DNA of 60,744 bases from a virus (IMGVR_UViG_3300005337_000004:1-60744), one strand, 5' to 3'; positions 8,456-17,703 are shown, counted from the first letter of the stretch. The notes: generated from the letters alone by a model not told the origin. Program-made: numbers and translations.

Positions 8456-8655
8456 CCGCGGTCCCGACTGAGATGTGGCGTCGTTCGTCGGCGTGCTCGG
8501 AAGGCAGCAACTGCGTGGAGGTGGCGCCGTGTGGCAACGGGGTGGCGGTGCGGGATTCGAAGCGTCCTGACGGTGCGGTGCTGGTGTTTGACCGGGGCGC
8601 GTTCGCTGGGCTGCTGGATGCGGTGAAGGCCGGGGAGTTCGACGACCTGGCGTAA
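8452..8655 (+). CDS. DUF397 family protein
   Basis: WRRSSACSEGSNCVEVA...VAVRDSKRPDGAVLVF...F..LL.AVKAGEF. Confidence 0.92.
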   Translation: MTAVPTEMWRRSSACSEGSNCVEVAPCGNGVAVRDSKRPDGAVLVFDRGAFAGLLDAVKAGEFDDLA

Positions 8656-8674
8656 CCGCGACGGGCTTACGACG

Positions 8675-9079
8675 TCAGAGCCCACGTTTCGCAAGCTCGA
8701 CCTCGGTCGCAGCCTCACATACAGCCGATGCCGTCTTGGCACTGGTCGCGTAGGCGTTGACCACCACCGATCCTCGCGGCTCACAGATCAGCAGCGTCGG
8801 GTCTTCGTGTTCGTAGTCCCATCCGCTGCGCGGCTTCTGCTCATACTTCCGGACCGTACCGTCCACGTGGAGGCTGGCCTGCCGGTGATGCCACGTCACC
8901 CGCTGCGGGGCCGCATCCAGCAGGGAAATCACCACAACGGCGTACCGGCCGCGACAGTCAGCGTTCAGGGCTGCACAGTGTTCGTTCGCAAGGCCTTCAG
9001 AGGTGAAGGCGACGATGGGCCCGTTCGACTCCCACTCGTCCTCGCAGACGGCCCAGACGGTGGTGCGATCGTTGCCCAT
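8675..9079 (-). CDS. hypothetical protein
   Basis: ATG at 9079 within a longer ORF; start uncertain. Confidence 0.55.
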   Translation of the reverse strand: MGNDRTTVWAVCEDEWESNGPIVAFTSEGLANEHCAALNADCRGRYAVVVISLLDAAPQRVTWHHRQASLHVDGTVRKYEQKPRSGWDYEHEDPTLLICEPRGSVVVNAYATSAKTASAVCEAATEVELAKRGL

Positions 9080-9263
9080 GCGCCAATGGTAGAAGTTGCC
9101 ACGGATCGGCTTCTTGCCAGCCGCTGGCAACTTCGGCATTCGTGGCAACAAAGTGCCCCGGCTGCGGACCTTTCGGAAGTTCGCCGCCGGGGCTGTTGCC
9201 TTGGGGGAAGGCAACGTGTAACCGGAGCGCGTGGGACAAGCACGCAATGTCAGGCTACGCCCG

Positions 9264-9506
9264 TCAGGCCACGTCCGGCGCGCAAACGAGGAACCGGGAC
9301 CCACGCCGCGCGTACCAGTCGTCCGTCAGCTCGGTAATGATCTCGCCCAGTTCCTCGAGCACGCCTTCCAGGTGCGCCCCGTCGGGTAGCTCGGATGCCG
9401 GCTTCAGTGTCACGGCGACCAGCAGCGACCCGACTGACACCGGTTCGCGCCGCACGGGTCGCTCCTCATGGGGACGGTCGCGAGGCGTCCACCACCGCAT
9501 GTACAC
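9264..9506 (-). CDS. hypothetical protein
   Basis: 80-aa ORF; start uncertain. Confidence 0.45.
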   Translation of the reverse strand: MYMRWWTPRDRPHEERPVRREPVSVGSLLVAVTLKPASELPDGAHLEGVLEELGEIITELTDDWYARRGSRFLVCAPDVA

Positions 9507-9654
9507 CGCCCTGGACGTGATGGTGCGCCCCGCAGGCTGCTGGGGCGCCGGTCCATTCTCTCACCCTGTCGCGTTGTGCCGCACGCCGTGAACGTGCCGT
9601 CCGGTGTTGGCGAAACCGCAGCTCGGCGCCGGTTTTTGCCCTACCTTTGAGTCC

Positions 9655-9957
9655 ATGACCAGCTCGTTATCCGACGACGCCCACCCCGGGTACGCGCACG
9701 CCGAAGCCGAGTTGAAGTCCGCCGCGGATATGGGCACGAAAGCCATCATCGACGCGATCGGCGCAATGGCGATCCTTGGGGAGATGCAGCGACTGCGGGA
9801 CCGGCTCGACGCGGCGACACGGCTGCTGCGGTGCGTCGCGGACGGGCGTTCGTGCTGGGCTTCGACAGCACACGGGCTCGAGGCCTGCGAGGTGTCGGGC
9901 TTGGACGAGTTTTTGGCCAGGCGGCCGGCGCGCAAGCGCTGGTGGAGGCGGACTTAG
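9655..9957 (+). CDS. hypothetical protein
   Basis: Helical ORF ending RKRWWRRT. Confidence 0.55.
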   Translation: MTSSLSDDAHPGYAHAEAELKSAADMGTKAIIDAIGAMAILGEMQRLRDRLDAATRLLRCVADGRSCWASTAHGLEACEVSGLDEFLARRPARKRWWRRT

Positions 9958-10265
9958 CCGCCGTACTCCCGCGCCGCCTCCTCAATGACCCGCTCCGCCT
10001 CGCTCTTGGAGAACGCGCCGTACCACCAGGGGTGCCGGTGGAATGCCAGCGCCGCCGCAGACTCCGCCGCGTCCGCCTCAACCAGCCGCGGATCCCTCAC
10101 CGGCATGATGATCCCGCCCGCGTCCGTTTCCCTGACTGGCGGCAGCGTCGCCTCAAGCTCGACCCGCCGATCCCGCGCGGCCTGCCAGGCGATGTACAGC
10201 CGGACAGCGTCCCCCGGCGGCGGATCGAGCGGCGGCCGATCGTCCCATGCGGCATGCTCAGCCAT
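9954..10265 (-). CDS. hypothetical protein
   Basis: Last of a long coupled leftward operon. Confidence 0.65.
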   Translation of the reverse strand: MAEHAAWDDRPPLDPPPGDAVRLYIAWQAARDRRVELEATLPPVRETDAGGIIMPVRDPRLVEADAAESAAALAFHRHPWWYGAFSKSEAERVIEEAAREYGG

Positions 10266-10530
10266 CTACAGCCCGCGCAGCCTTCGACGCCTCGGTATCG
10301 AGCGTGTACCGCCCCATCTGGTCCAGCCCCTCGAACGCCGCGTGCCGGCGAACCTGCATCGCGAGTCCGGTCATCTCGGCCTGCGTCTGCCGCATCCGCC
10401 CGTGCTGGTCCTCAGTCATCTCCAGTGCTGGCGGCAGGGTCATGCACCATAGCGCATGCTGCTCGTTCAAGTCGTAGAGCTGGCGTTTGAGGCGAACCAG
10501 GTCGGCGAAGGCTTCAGGACTGTTGGTCAC
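10258..10530 (-). CDS. hypothetical protein
   Basis: Helical ORF overlapping neighbours. Confidence 0.6.
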   Translation of the reverse strand: MTNSPEAFADLVRLKRQLYDLNEQHALWCMTLPPALEMTEDQHGRMRQTQAEMTGLAMQVRRHAAFEGLDQMGRYTLDTEASKAARAVDG

Positions 10531-10903
10531 GGGGAGATCCTGCCATGCGCTTCTCCCACTCCCGCCGCCACGCCTCGAACTCTTCATGCGACAACACCGC
10601 ATCCGTGGTGATCCAGCCGCTCGGCTTCGGCCCCAGCGCTTCCCGCCCCGCGTCGGTGATCACGGTTATGTCCGTAGGCCCGGTCGGCAACTCGGCCAGC
10701 AGCCCCGCCTTGTAGAGCGTCATCGCTGCCCGCACCATTTCTTCCCAGCGCAGACGCCACGTGCGCTTCCCGCCGCGACGTGGCCCGCGCGGGCGGGGAG
10801 GCAGTAGCGACTTCACCACATCGCCCCAGTCGAGCGGTTCGGTGGCTTCAGCGAACACGGCGAGGATCGCACGTTCGTCGTCGGACAGGACAGTCACGCT
10901 CAC
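10514..10903 (-). CDS. putative winged-helix protein
   Basis: LSDDERAILAVF...LYKAGLLA...ITDAGREAL. Confidence 0.55.
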   Translation of the reverse strand: MSVTVLSDDERAILAVFAEATEPLDWGDVVKSLLPPRPRGPRRGGKRTWRLRWEEMVRAAMTLYKAGLLAELPTGPTDITVITDAGREALGPKPSGWITTDAVLSHEEFEAWRREWEKRMAGSPRDQQS

Positions 10904-11097
10904 CACTCCGTGTCGAAGCGAAGGTCATCCCGGATTTCCGGCGGAGGAAGCTCCCCGGCCCGGAACCGGCCGGCGACGTCATAGGTCCACGAGCCCCCGC
11001 ACGGGCAGATATGCGGAGGGGCGTGGCCTGCCGGTTGGCGGCAACGGCAGTAGGACGTGCGGTCGTCGCAGAAGGCGGAATCGGGAACCTCGTTCAC
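10900..11097 (-). CDS. small Cys/His-rich hypothetical protein
   Basis: GTGA overlaps at both ends; CRCRQPAGH...HICPCGGSW. Confidence 0.6.
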   Translation of the reverse strand: MNEVPDSAFCDDRTSYCRCRQPAGHAPPHICPCGGSWTYDVAGRFRAGELPPPEIRDDLRFDTEW

Positions 11098-11462
11098 CGC
11101 GCCGCCTCCAGTTCCCGTCGTTTGGACGCAGCCTGCTCGGCCTGCTCCAGGTAGTACCGCTCCCGCTCGGCAAGGCTCCGGATCTCCCACTCCACGTGCG
11201 ACCGCGGCGGCGGTTTCGGCGCCAACTCCGGCACCTCGTCGCGCTTCTGCCCGGCCCCGATGCGCACCCACGGCCGGTACTCACCATCTTCAAGCCGATA
11301 GATCACCATGCCGTGGCGGGCGGCACCGCCGTACAGCTTGTTAATGATTGCGTTCTTCGCCTGCCCGACACCCTTGTGGGTCTTGAACATCGGCCGGCGA
11401 TCCGGGATGTGGGTGGCGTAGTCGTGCGGCGCGACTGCAGGAATCGCGGTCAACTCAGACAT
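11094..11462 (-). CDS. hypothetical protein
   Basis: Coupled ORF. Confidence 0.65.
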   Translation of the reverse strand: MSELTAIPAVAPHDYATHIPDRRPMFKTHKGVGQAKNAIINKLYGGAARHGMVIYRLEDGEYRPWVRIGAGQKRDEVPELAPKPPPRSHVEWEIRSLAERERYYLEQAEQAASKRRELEAAR

Positions 11463-11697
11463 CAGCGGCACCCTCGCGATAGAAGTCGTCGATCGGGTCC
11501 CCGGCAACCACGGACGCCCGCAGCGCGTTCTCAATGTCCACCAGCGCGCCCCACGCGGCTTGGCAGGCCAGGTACTCGCCGTACAGGTGCACGGTCGGAT
11601 CGTTCTTCACCGTCTCCGCCAGCTTTGCCGCCGTGTCGGCGTAGACCTGGGCCAGGTGGGCGCGAGCAGCCTGAAAGCGCTCAACGTCGCCCATCAC
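11455..11697 (-). CDS. hypothetical protein
   Basis: Coupled ORF. Confidence 0.65.
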   Translation of the reverse strand: MMGDVERFQAARAHLAQVYADTAAKLAETVKNDPTVHLYGEYLACQAAWGALVDIENALRASVVAGDPIDDFYREGAADV

Positions 11698-11924
11698 TGC
11701 CAGCCTCGCGCCGCGTCCACGCGCGACTGCCGCACCTCGTCAACCAGATCCCGCAGGTCCCCGGCGTGCAACGGCACATACTCGCGGTTTTCGCCGGGCC
11801 AATGGGCTTCGTGGCCGTACTGGCAGGAAACGATCGACTTGCCGTGGCCGTGGCGCTCCAGCGCTTCGACGAACGTCTCCACGCGGTCCAGTGGGGTGTC
11901 GGGATACATCAGCGCCTCCTGCAT
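11694..11924 (-). CDS. hypothetical protein
   Basis: Coupled ORF. Confidence 0.6.
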   Translation of the reverse strand: MQEALMYPDTPLDRVETFVEALERHGHGKSIVSCQYGHEAHWPGENREYVPLHAGDLRDLVDEVRQSRVDAARGWQ

Positions 11925-11960
11925 CTATGGTGCCGCATGCCGAGGGCTACTCCCCCGCTG

Positions 11961-12137
11961 CTATCCGACCGGCACCTGCACGGGCTCGATCGCGATGACG
12001 TAAGCCGTGGGCCCGTACAGCGGCAGCTGCTCCTGTGCCTCGGCGAGGGTCGCGAACGTCTGCTTCTCGGCGCCGGACAGAGTCGGCCACTCAATGGCGT
12101 AGGCGTGAGTTTCGTACTCGGTGTTGTCGATACTCAT
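11961..12137 (-). CDS. small hypothetical protein
   Basis: 58-aa ORF from ATG 12137. Confidence 0.55.
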   Translation of the reverse strand: MSIDNTEYETHAYAIEWPTLSGAEKQTFATLAEAQEQLPLYGPTAYVIAIEPVQVPVG

Positions 12138-12166
12138 TCGGCCAGTGTCGCACCTGTTGAGCAGCG

Positions 12167-12781
12167 CTATGGCAGGTCGGCCACAGCCAGCCGGTACACC
12201 TGCTCCGCGAACCGCCATGCCGCCGTGGTGTGCCGTATCGCCTTGTATTCGGCCGGCTCCAGCAGCATCCGCACGCCACCTTCGCCCGCCACCAGCACCC
12301 CGACGCCCCAGAAGTCTGCCTCGAACAGCTTCTCATCGAGCTTGCGCGGTGCCTTCTCCAGCAGCATCGCCCGCCGCGAAAACGGCGCGAACTGCGACGC
12401 CGCGTGCAGGCCGGCGCGGAACGTCTTGGCGCGGGCCACGATCAGGTCCACACGCAGCGGACGCACTGCCAGGCGGGTTACGGACTGCCGGTCGACTTCG
12501 GCACAGCCCTTCGGAAGCCGGCGGATCTCCGGACGCAACGCAGCGCCCAGCGACGCCCGCTCCACGCGCTCACCAACCGGCAGGTTCATCAGCGCTTCCA
12601 GCGGCCTGAAGTCGTCGAGCCAGCCCGCATCGGCCGCGACGCGCCGTTCGTGCTCGACGTGGTCAAGGCGGTGAAACACCAGGCAGTCGGCGGCGCGCAG
12701 ACGCAGCGGCGCCATCTCGCAGCCAGCGGGAAGCAGGCTGGCAACAGCGGCGTGAACCGGGTCGGTAAGGATGTCAGGCAT
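12167..12781 (-). CDS. hypothetical protein, possibly degenerate restriction-endonuclease-like fold
   Basis: RVDLIVARAK...FAPFSRRAMLL...EADFWGVGV; fold call is inference only. Confidence 0.55.
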   Translation of the reverse strand: MPDILTDPVHAAVASLLPAGCEMAPLRLRAADCLVFHRLDHVEHERRVAADAGWLDDFRPLEALMNLPVGERVERASLGAALRPEIRRLPKGCAEVDRQSVTRLAVRPLRVDLIVARAKTFRAGLHAASQFAPFSRRAMLLEKAPRKLDEKLFEADFWGVGVLVAGEGGVRMLLEPAEYKAIRHTTAAWRFAEQVYRLAVADLP

Positions 12782-13163
12782 TGAGCACTGCTGTCGCCGT
12801 AGTGGTGAGGGGCGCCCACATTGCCAGCAGGTGATCCAGTCGCGCCTGCAGGTACGTTCGCACCTCAGGCTCCTCATCGGGATGCACCTGAACGTCGATC
12901 GAGTAGTTGTATCCCTTGCGCTGCCGAACGAAGTACAGGCTCAACGTGCCCATGACGCCGGCATCGGGCTTGTGCCAGTCCCAACGGAACAGCAGGTCCA
13001 TGTCCAGGTCCCAGCCGCCGGCTGTCGCAATGAAGTCGCCCCAGGTCGGGTAGTTGCTGTGGTAGCCAACCTTAAAGAAGTTGCCGCTAGCGCAGTAGTA
13101 CGGATGCTCAGGCTCCCACAGGTGCAGGCCGGCCGCCTTAGTTCCGCTGGCGGCGTCAGTCAT
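12774..13163 (-). CDS. hypothetical phage protein (aromatic-rich)
   Basis: HPYYCASGNFF...DMDLLFRWDW. Confidence 0.7.
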   Translation of the reverse strand: MTDAASGTKAAGLHLWEPEHPYYCASGNFFKVGYHSNYPTWGDFIATAGGWDLDMDLLFRWDWHKPDAGVMGTLSLYFVRQRKGYNYSIDVQVHPDEEPEVRTYLQARLDHLLAMWAPLTTTATAVLNA

Positions 13164-13563
13164 CGTTCTCCCACTTCCGGACCGCCTCGGCAAGCGCTTC
13201 AGCGCCGCCCCAGTCTTCGTCCGCGTCGTTCCAGTCCTCGCCGGCAATGGTGTCCGGGCGCCCGGTCAGCCGGTCCCTGGCACGGACCGCAACGACTTCG
13301 GGCGCGGCGTAGGTGTCGAGGTCCAGCGGGAACAGGGTGCGGGTGTCGTCGCACAGCGACCATCCGTCGCGCTGGTCCCAGCCGAGCCAAACCTTCCCGG
13401 TCCACAGGTCCAGGTTCGCGGTGTCGCCGAGGACGATGACGCCGTCGAGCTGCTCGCCGTCCGGGGACTCGGTCCACCACTGCACGGGCTCGTGGCCGAG
13501 CTGGGTGAGGTAGTAGGCGACGGCGTTGATGTAGTCATCGTGCGGAAGGGGCGGAACGAACAT
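13156..13563 (-). CDS. hypothetical protein (DUF6292-like)
   Basis: YINAVAYYL...LGWDQRDGWS. Confidence 0.55.
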   Translation of the reverse strand: MFVPPLPHDDYINAVAYYLTQLGHEPVQWWTESPDGEQLDGVIVLGDTANLDLWTGKVWLGWDQRDGWSLCDDTRTLFPLDLDTYAAPEVVAVRARDRLTGRPDTIAGEDWNDADEDWGGAEALAEAVRKWENDD

Positions 13564-13817
13564 CAGGACGCCTCCGTAGTCTTGTCGGCGGGTGCCAGCG
13601 CCTCAAGCGCTGCCGTGCAGGCCAGGCAGGTCACGTCGGGGCCGGTCTTTTGCCGCGCCCGGTCGCCATCCACCCACTTGCCGCAGGCGCTCTGCAAGTT
13701 GTTGATACAAACGGGCCGGACGGCGTGGATGATCCGCGCGTCGCCGTACCAGCAGCACGACATGCGATGCTTGAACTCGGCCGCAGACTCAGGGGCGGGC
13801 GGATTGCCAATGGGCAC
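13563..13817 (-). CDS. Cys-rich hypothetical protein
   Basis: IIHAV...SACG...VTCLAC. Confidence 0.6.
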   Translation of the reverse strand: MPIGNPPAPESAAEFKHRMSCCWYGDARIIHAVRPVCINNLQSACGKWVDGDRARQKTGPDVTCLACTAALEALAPADKTTEAS

Positions 13818-13818
13818 G

Positions 13819-14115
13819 TCAGTCCTCCACGTCTCGCGGCTGCCCAGTGCCGCAGTAGGTGCAGATCAGGTTCCCACCGAACCCGCCACACGACGGGCAC
13901 GGCGTCTTCGTAATCGGGCCAGTACCGGCCACGCACGCCGGGCACACGTCTTGGCCACGGTCGCCCCAAGGGAAGTACTCATCCAAAGCCACCTGCCAGC
14001 CGGAGGCCTTCGCGACTTGGCGAGCGGTGACGTCGGGTGCGCCGCCGAGGTAAATCAGGGACCCGAAGCACCCGAAGGTTTCGCAGGTGACAAGTTCGGC
14101 TTTCTGGACAGTCAT
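13819..14115 (-). CDS. multi-Zn-finger hypothetical protein
   Basis: CETFGC, CPAC, CPSCGG, CTYCG. Confidence 0.7.
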   Translation of the reverse strand: MTVQKAELVTCETFGCFGSLIYLGGAPDVTARQVAKASGWQVALDEYFPWGDRGQDVCPACVAGTGPITKTPCPSCGGFGGNLICTYCGTGQPRDVED

Positions 14116-14119
14116 GTGA

Positions 14120-15046
14120 TCAGCCCACTTCGACAGTCTCGGACTCGATCCCGAACGCCTCATCAAGGCGTTGTTCCCAGTCACTGGCATTGAGGTCGAA
14201 CACGGTCACCCCGTTGCCGAACCAGTAGCCAGCCCAGTCTTCCGGCCTCAGTTCCAAACGCCCCGGATCCTCACGCAGACCTGCCATGCCGGCGGCCCAC
14301 CGTTCGGCGTCCGACAGCGCGGCCCAAGCATCCCCGACGGCCGTCTCCTCGAAGTACTCGGCCCGTTCATCCTCATCCAGTTGCTGCCACTCGGCATCGG
14401 TCCAGCCGGGGCGCTGCCACCCATCCGGCATGACGGGTTGATCCCACGTTGCAATATCTCTGTCCGGGAACCCGCCGGTCACCGAGTAGAACGTGACAAC
14501 TGCTTCGTCGTCACGGGAGCGCAGTAGCTTGGTCACACCCTCCCAGCCCTGCGCCTGCTTGGCCTTTGGTTCGCCGAAAGAACCTGAAGGGCGGAGTGTG
14601 CGGCGCAACAACCCAGCATCGAGCGCTTCGTTGATGAGGTCGGCAAGCCACTTTCGGTTGGGGCCGTCAACCCAGCCGTGGATCTCGTTCTGCGCGGCCA
14701 TCCGGGCGACGAGCCGCCACGGGTCGCTGTCGGCTTCGAGCGCAGTGTTGAGGCTGATCGACATTGGGTCGAGTGGCCGGCCGCGCCATACGAAGTCTTC
14801 GCCGGTAATTCGCCACGCCGTGTGGAAAAAGCTTGCCCAGGTTGGGAGCCAGCCATCGCCGCTGCGCTTGATGATTCGCATGTGATGGTCCGGCGGCAAC
14901 AAACGCAGCAGGCGGTCGGTGTCGGCCTCGTCGCGGATTTCAAGCAGGCTGATCGCGCGGTCGTAGACGAGCTTCCACACGTGGTGTTGCTCGGAGCCCG
15001 CGACCTCGGCGGTGCCGCTGGGGGAGTGGAAGTAGATGCGGCTCAT
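14120..15046 (-). CDS. hypothetical phage protein
   Basis: 308-aa Trp-rich ORF from ATG 15046. Confidence 0.7.
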   Translation of the reverse strand: MSRIYFHSPSGTAEVAGSEQHHVWKLVYDRAISLLEIRDEADTDRLLRLLPPDHHMRIIKRSGDGWLPTWASFFHTAWRITGEDFVWRGRPLDPMSISLNTALEADSDPWRLVARMAAQNEIHGWVDGPNRKWLADLINEALDAGLLRRTLRPSGSFGEPKAKQAQGWEGVTKLLRSRDDEAVVTFYSVTGGFPDRDIATWDQPVMPDGWQRPGWTDAEWQQLDEDERAEYFEETAVGDAWAALSDAERWAAGMAGLREDPGRLELRPEDWAGYWFGNGVTVFDLNASDWEQRLDEAFGIESETVEVG

Positions 15047-15047
15047 T

Positions 15048-15434
15048 TCAGGACTCCTTGTCGTGTTCGCTGCTGTGCGACGCCATAGCCTCAAGGATCT
15101 CCGCTATGTCGGCCGGGTTCTCGGCGAACGACTCGACGGGCGCAGCGCCCTCCGGGCAGCGCCGGCACCGCAGACGCATAAAGTCGCAGTCCCAGGTAAC
15201 GGTAAAGCCCGCGAAGCCGCGGATCGTTTCGGCACGGACCTGCTCGGCGTGCGGCCGGACAGCCTTGCCCGCCTCGGCAGCGATAGCAACAACCGCCGGC
15301 GCGAGAAGGCTTTCCAGGCTGTTGCCGGGCCGCCACGTCGCGGTGCGGGTGGCGTCGACTGCGATGCGCAGCAGGTCGTACAGCTCTGTTGCGGCGGCGG
15401 TGCCGACTGTCTCGTCGGGTGGACGGGCGGTCAC
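15048..15434 (-). CDS. hypothetical protein
   Basis: GTGA overlap; CRRCP motif. Confidence 0.65.
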   Translation of the reverse strand: MTARPPDETVGTAAATELYDLLRIAVDATRTATWRPGNSLESLLAPAVVAIAAEAGKAVRPHAEQVRAETIRGFAGFTVTWDCDFMRLRCRRCPEGAAPVESFAENPADIAEILEAMASHSSEHDKES

Positions 15435-15997
15435 GACGCGTTCTCCATCCCCGGCAGCGTTGCGGCCACCGTCTCCACGGGTTTGGCCTTCGCCGCCTTC
15501 TTCTGGTCGCGCTTGGCCGCGTCCTTGCCGATGTCGGAGAGCTTCATCAGGCCCTTCGCGATCTCGGTGTAGGTCATGGTCGGCTCGGGTTCGTTCCGGA
15601 GCTTCACCGCGGCCTGCGCCTGCTTCTCCAGGCTGAACGCCTGATTCGTCGCGGCCATGCTGATCCGCTGGTGGGCGAGGATCGCGGCCTGCTCGGCTTC
15701 GTGCATGCGATGCATGTGCGCGTTATCCTCGTCCAGGTGCGCCCGCATGGTAGCGATGAGGGCGCGCAGCCGGGACGCCTCATCGTCATCGCCACCGTCG
15801 GCTGGTGGCGTCCAGCCCGCGGCGATCAGCGAGCGGACAGCGTGCTCAGCGGCAGGGCGGTACTTGATCCGGCCCATGCCACGATCCAGGTCCAGGATCA
15901 TGGCCTCGGCGATGATGAACTCGGCGTCGAGCATTGGGTTGCCGCTGCGTTCGGCATGCGGGACCTCGATGGGCGGGCGGTGGGCGGCGTTGTTCAC
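15431..15997 (-). CDS. coiled-coil hypothetical protein
   Basis: Helical ORF in operon; start uncertain. Confidence 0.6.
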   Translation of the reverse strand: MNNAAHRPPIEVPHAERSGNPMLDAEFIIAEAMILDLDRGMGRIKYRPAAEHAVRSLIAAGWTPPADGGDDDEASRLRALIATMRAHLDEDNAHMHRMHEAEQAAILAHQRISMAATNQAFSLEKQAQAAVKLRNEPEPTMTYTEIAKGLMKLSDIGKDAAKRDQKKAAKAKPVETVAATLPGMENAS

Positions 15998-15998
15998 G

Positions 15999-16412
15999 TC
16001 AGCCCTCCGGCTTCGTAGCAACACGCCAGCCGACCGGCTCCATCGGCCCGTACTCGCCGGGCAGACCTTCGGGATCCCAAGGCATGGGGTCGGTGTAGAG
16101 CATCCGCATCATCCCGTCCGCGCACAGTACCCACACGTCGCCCTCACTGTCCCGCCAGCCGTCACCGGGGACACCCGGGTAGCCGGCGACGCGGGCGCGC
16201 AGCTTGTACAGCACCTCGTCGATCCCGGAGGCGAGCGCGCGGTGGAACGCGGCGGACTCCTCGTGGCCGATCCGTCGCTTGAGGTTGGGCTCCCGCTCGG
16301 CAGCAGAGTCTTGCTGTGCGGCGATGTGCACTGCGTCGGCATGGATCTGCTGCAGCTTCTCGATCAGGTGCTCGGCCGCCTGTTCGGCAGCGGTGGGCTT
16401 GGTGTCGGCCAT
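15999..16412 (-). CDS. hypothetical protein
   Basis: GGAGA RBS; WRDSEGDVW...YGPM motif. Confidence 0.7.
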   Translation of the reverse strand: MADTKPTAAEQAAEHLIEKLQQIHADAVHIAAQQDSAAEREPNLKRRIGHEESAAFHRALASGIDEVLYKLRARVAGYPGVPGDGWRDSEGDVWVLCADGMMRMLYTDPMPWDPEGLPGEYGPMEPVGWRVATKPEG

Positions 16413-16494
16413 CGCGGTTCTCCGTGTTCTGTCGGTTAGGGCTGGTCGCCTGCGGCAGCCGCCGGGCACGAGGTCCGGTTGCCGCCGGGGGCGG

Positions 16495-17703
16495 TCAAGC
16501 AATGATCTGGGGTCTAAATTGAGCCACTCCGAACACTTCCGGGAACGCCAGCGGCCAGTGCAGCGGTTTGCGCGGTGGGCGGCCTGCGGGCAGGTCGGTG
16601 TCGAGGAGTTCCCGGGCCCGGAGCCGCGCTGCTTCGATCGCGCCGGGATCGCCGACCGCCACCCGCACAGCAAGCGGCTCGATTTCGGCAGCCATCCTGC
16701 GATGCGCCGTCGCACTCTTCCCTGCCGTTGCCAACACAGCCCCGCACAGGAGATCAGCAAGCAACCACAGCATGTCGAGGCCGCCGGTCGCGGCCACGGC
16801 GTTAACATCAATGACGGGACGCCCGTGAACGGACCTGCCGTGCTGGGCGTCAAGATCCCAGTACTGCAGCTGGTCAATACCGGCAATGCCAAGCAGCGAG
16901 TCGCCGTGCCGGAACCGGCGGTGGATCTCCGCGTCCACGTCGACCAGCGGCACCATCAGGGCCAGCGCGATGCGGCACAGCTCCAGTGACGCCAGATCGA
17001 TATCGGCGCCGTACAGGCAGGAGGTGATGACGGCCTCGCGCACCGCATGCTCCCGTTCCAGATCAGTACCGCTGTCGGCCGGCAGTTGTTCCAGGATGCG
17101 GGCCGTCAGGTACCGGACCGCCGCGATCGGAAAGGGTCCAGCGCCGACAGAGATGTCGGCGACCGACTTGGACAGGATCTGCCTGGGCGCCAGCAGCCTC
17201 CACTTGGATTGGTCGGCGGTCACCAGCGGGCCCGGATCGTAGACGACAGCCTCCAGGGTGTTGTCGGTTACCTCCTCGGCGAGTTCGCGGGGCGTCCAGT
17301 GGGCACCGCGGGCCTTGATGTCGCCGGGCTGCGGCGCCGGGTCAATGGCGAGCGCGCCGGGTTCACAGCCGAAACCGTCGGGGTGGTCGCACAGGTGCAG
17401 GCCGGCGAATTCGACGCCGAGGGGGCGGATCGCGAGGATGGCCAGGCCGCGGGTAACCGCGCTGGTGACCTCGTCCGGGTGAGGTTCAACACCGACGCCG
17501 CGGTACAGGGGTTTGCCGGCGCATCTGCGCTGCTGCGCGAGGTGCTTCTCGTTCCACCACATCATGATCCCGGCCTGGCTGATCAGGTCGGCGCAGCGTT
17601 CGGCCTCGGCAATGATGTGTGCGGCACCCCAGCCGCGGACGGTTTTGATTTCGTCGGGAACGGCGGCGAGTGCGGATTCCAGCGGAGTCGCGGCGGCAAT
17701 CAT
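16495..17703 (-). CDS. Truncated type IIG/Eco57I-like adenine methyltransferase N-half (no NPPY), with a small N-terminal domain
   Basis: GAHWTPRELAEEV, DISVGAGPF (degenerate motif I), CLYGADID, HGDSLLG, PLHWPLAFPEVF, stop 10 codons later. Confidence 0.72.
   Translation of the reverse strand: MIAAATPLESALAAVPDEIKTVRGWGAAHIIAEAERCADLISQAGIMMWWNEKHLAQQRRCAGKPLYRGVGVEPHPDEVTSAVTRGLAILAIRPLGVEFAGLHLCDHPDGFGCEPGALAIDPAPQPGDIKARGAHWTPRELAEEVTDNTLEAVVYDPGPLVTADQSKWRLLAPRQILSKSVADISVGAGPFPIAAVRYLTARILEQLPADSGTDLEREHAVREAVITSCLYGADIDLASLELCRIALALMVPLVDVDAEIHRRFRHGDSLLGIAGIDQLQYWDLDAQHGRSVHGRPVIDVNAVAATGGLDMLWLLADLLCGAVLATAGKSATAHRRMAAEIEPLAVRVAVGDPGAIEAARLRARELLDTDLPAGRPPRKPLHWPLAFPEVFGVAQFRPQIIA

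Noticed and set aside
5502-9149. Dispersed GTTGCCAC as stoperator-like sites
   Set aside because: About five copies versus roughly two expected by chance in the window, two of them inside ORFs; only the 9071-9215 cluster was kept
10761-12674. 637-aa plus-strand ORF
   Set aside because: Arg/Pro-rich shadow over a coupled minus-strand operon
16412-16500. Frameshifted continuation of the methyltransferase
   Set aside because: No NPPY/NPPF in the other frames; the next gene starts with its own RBS
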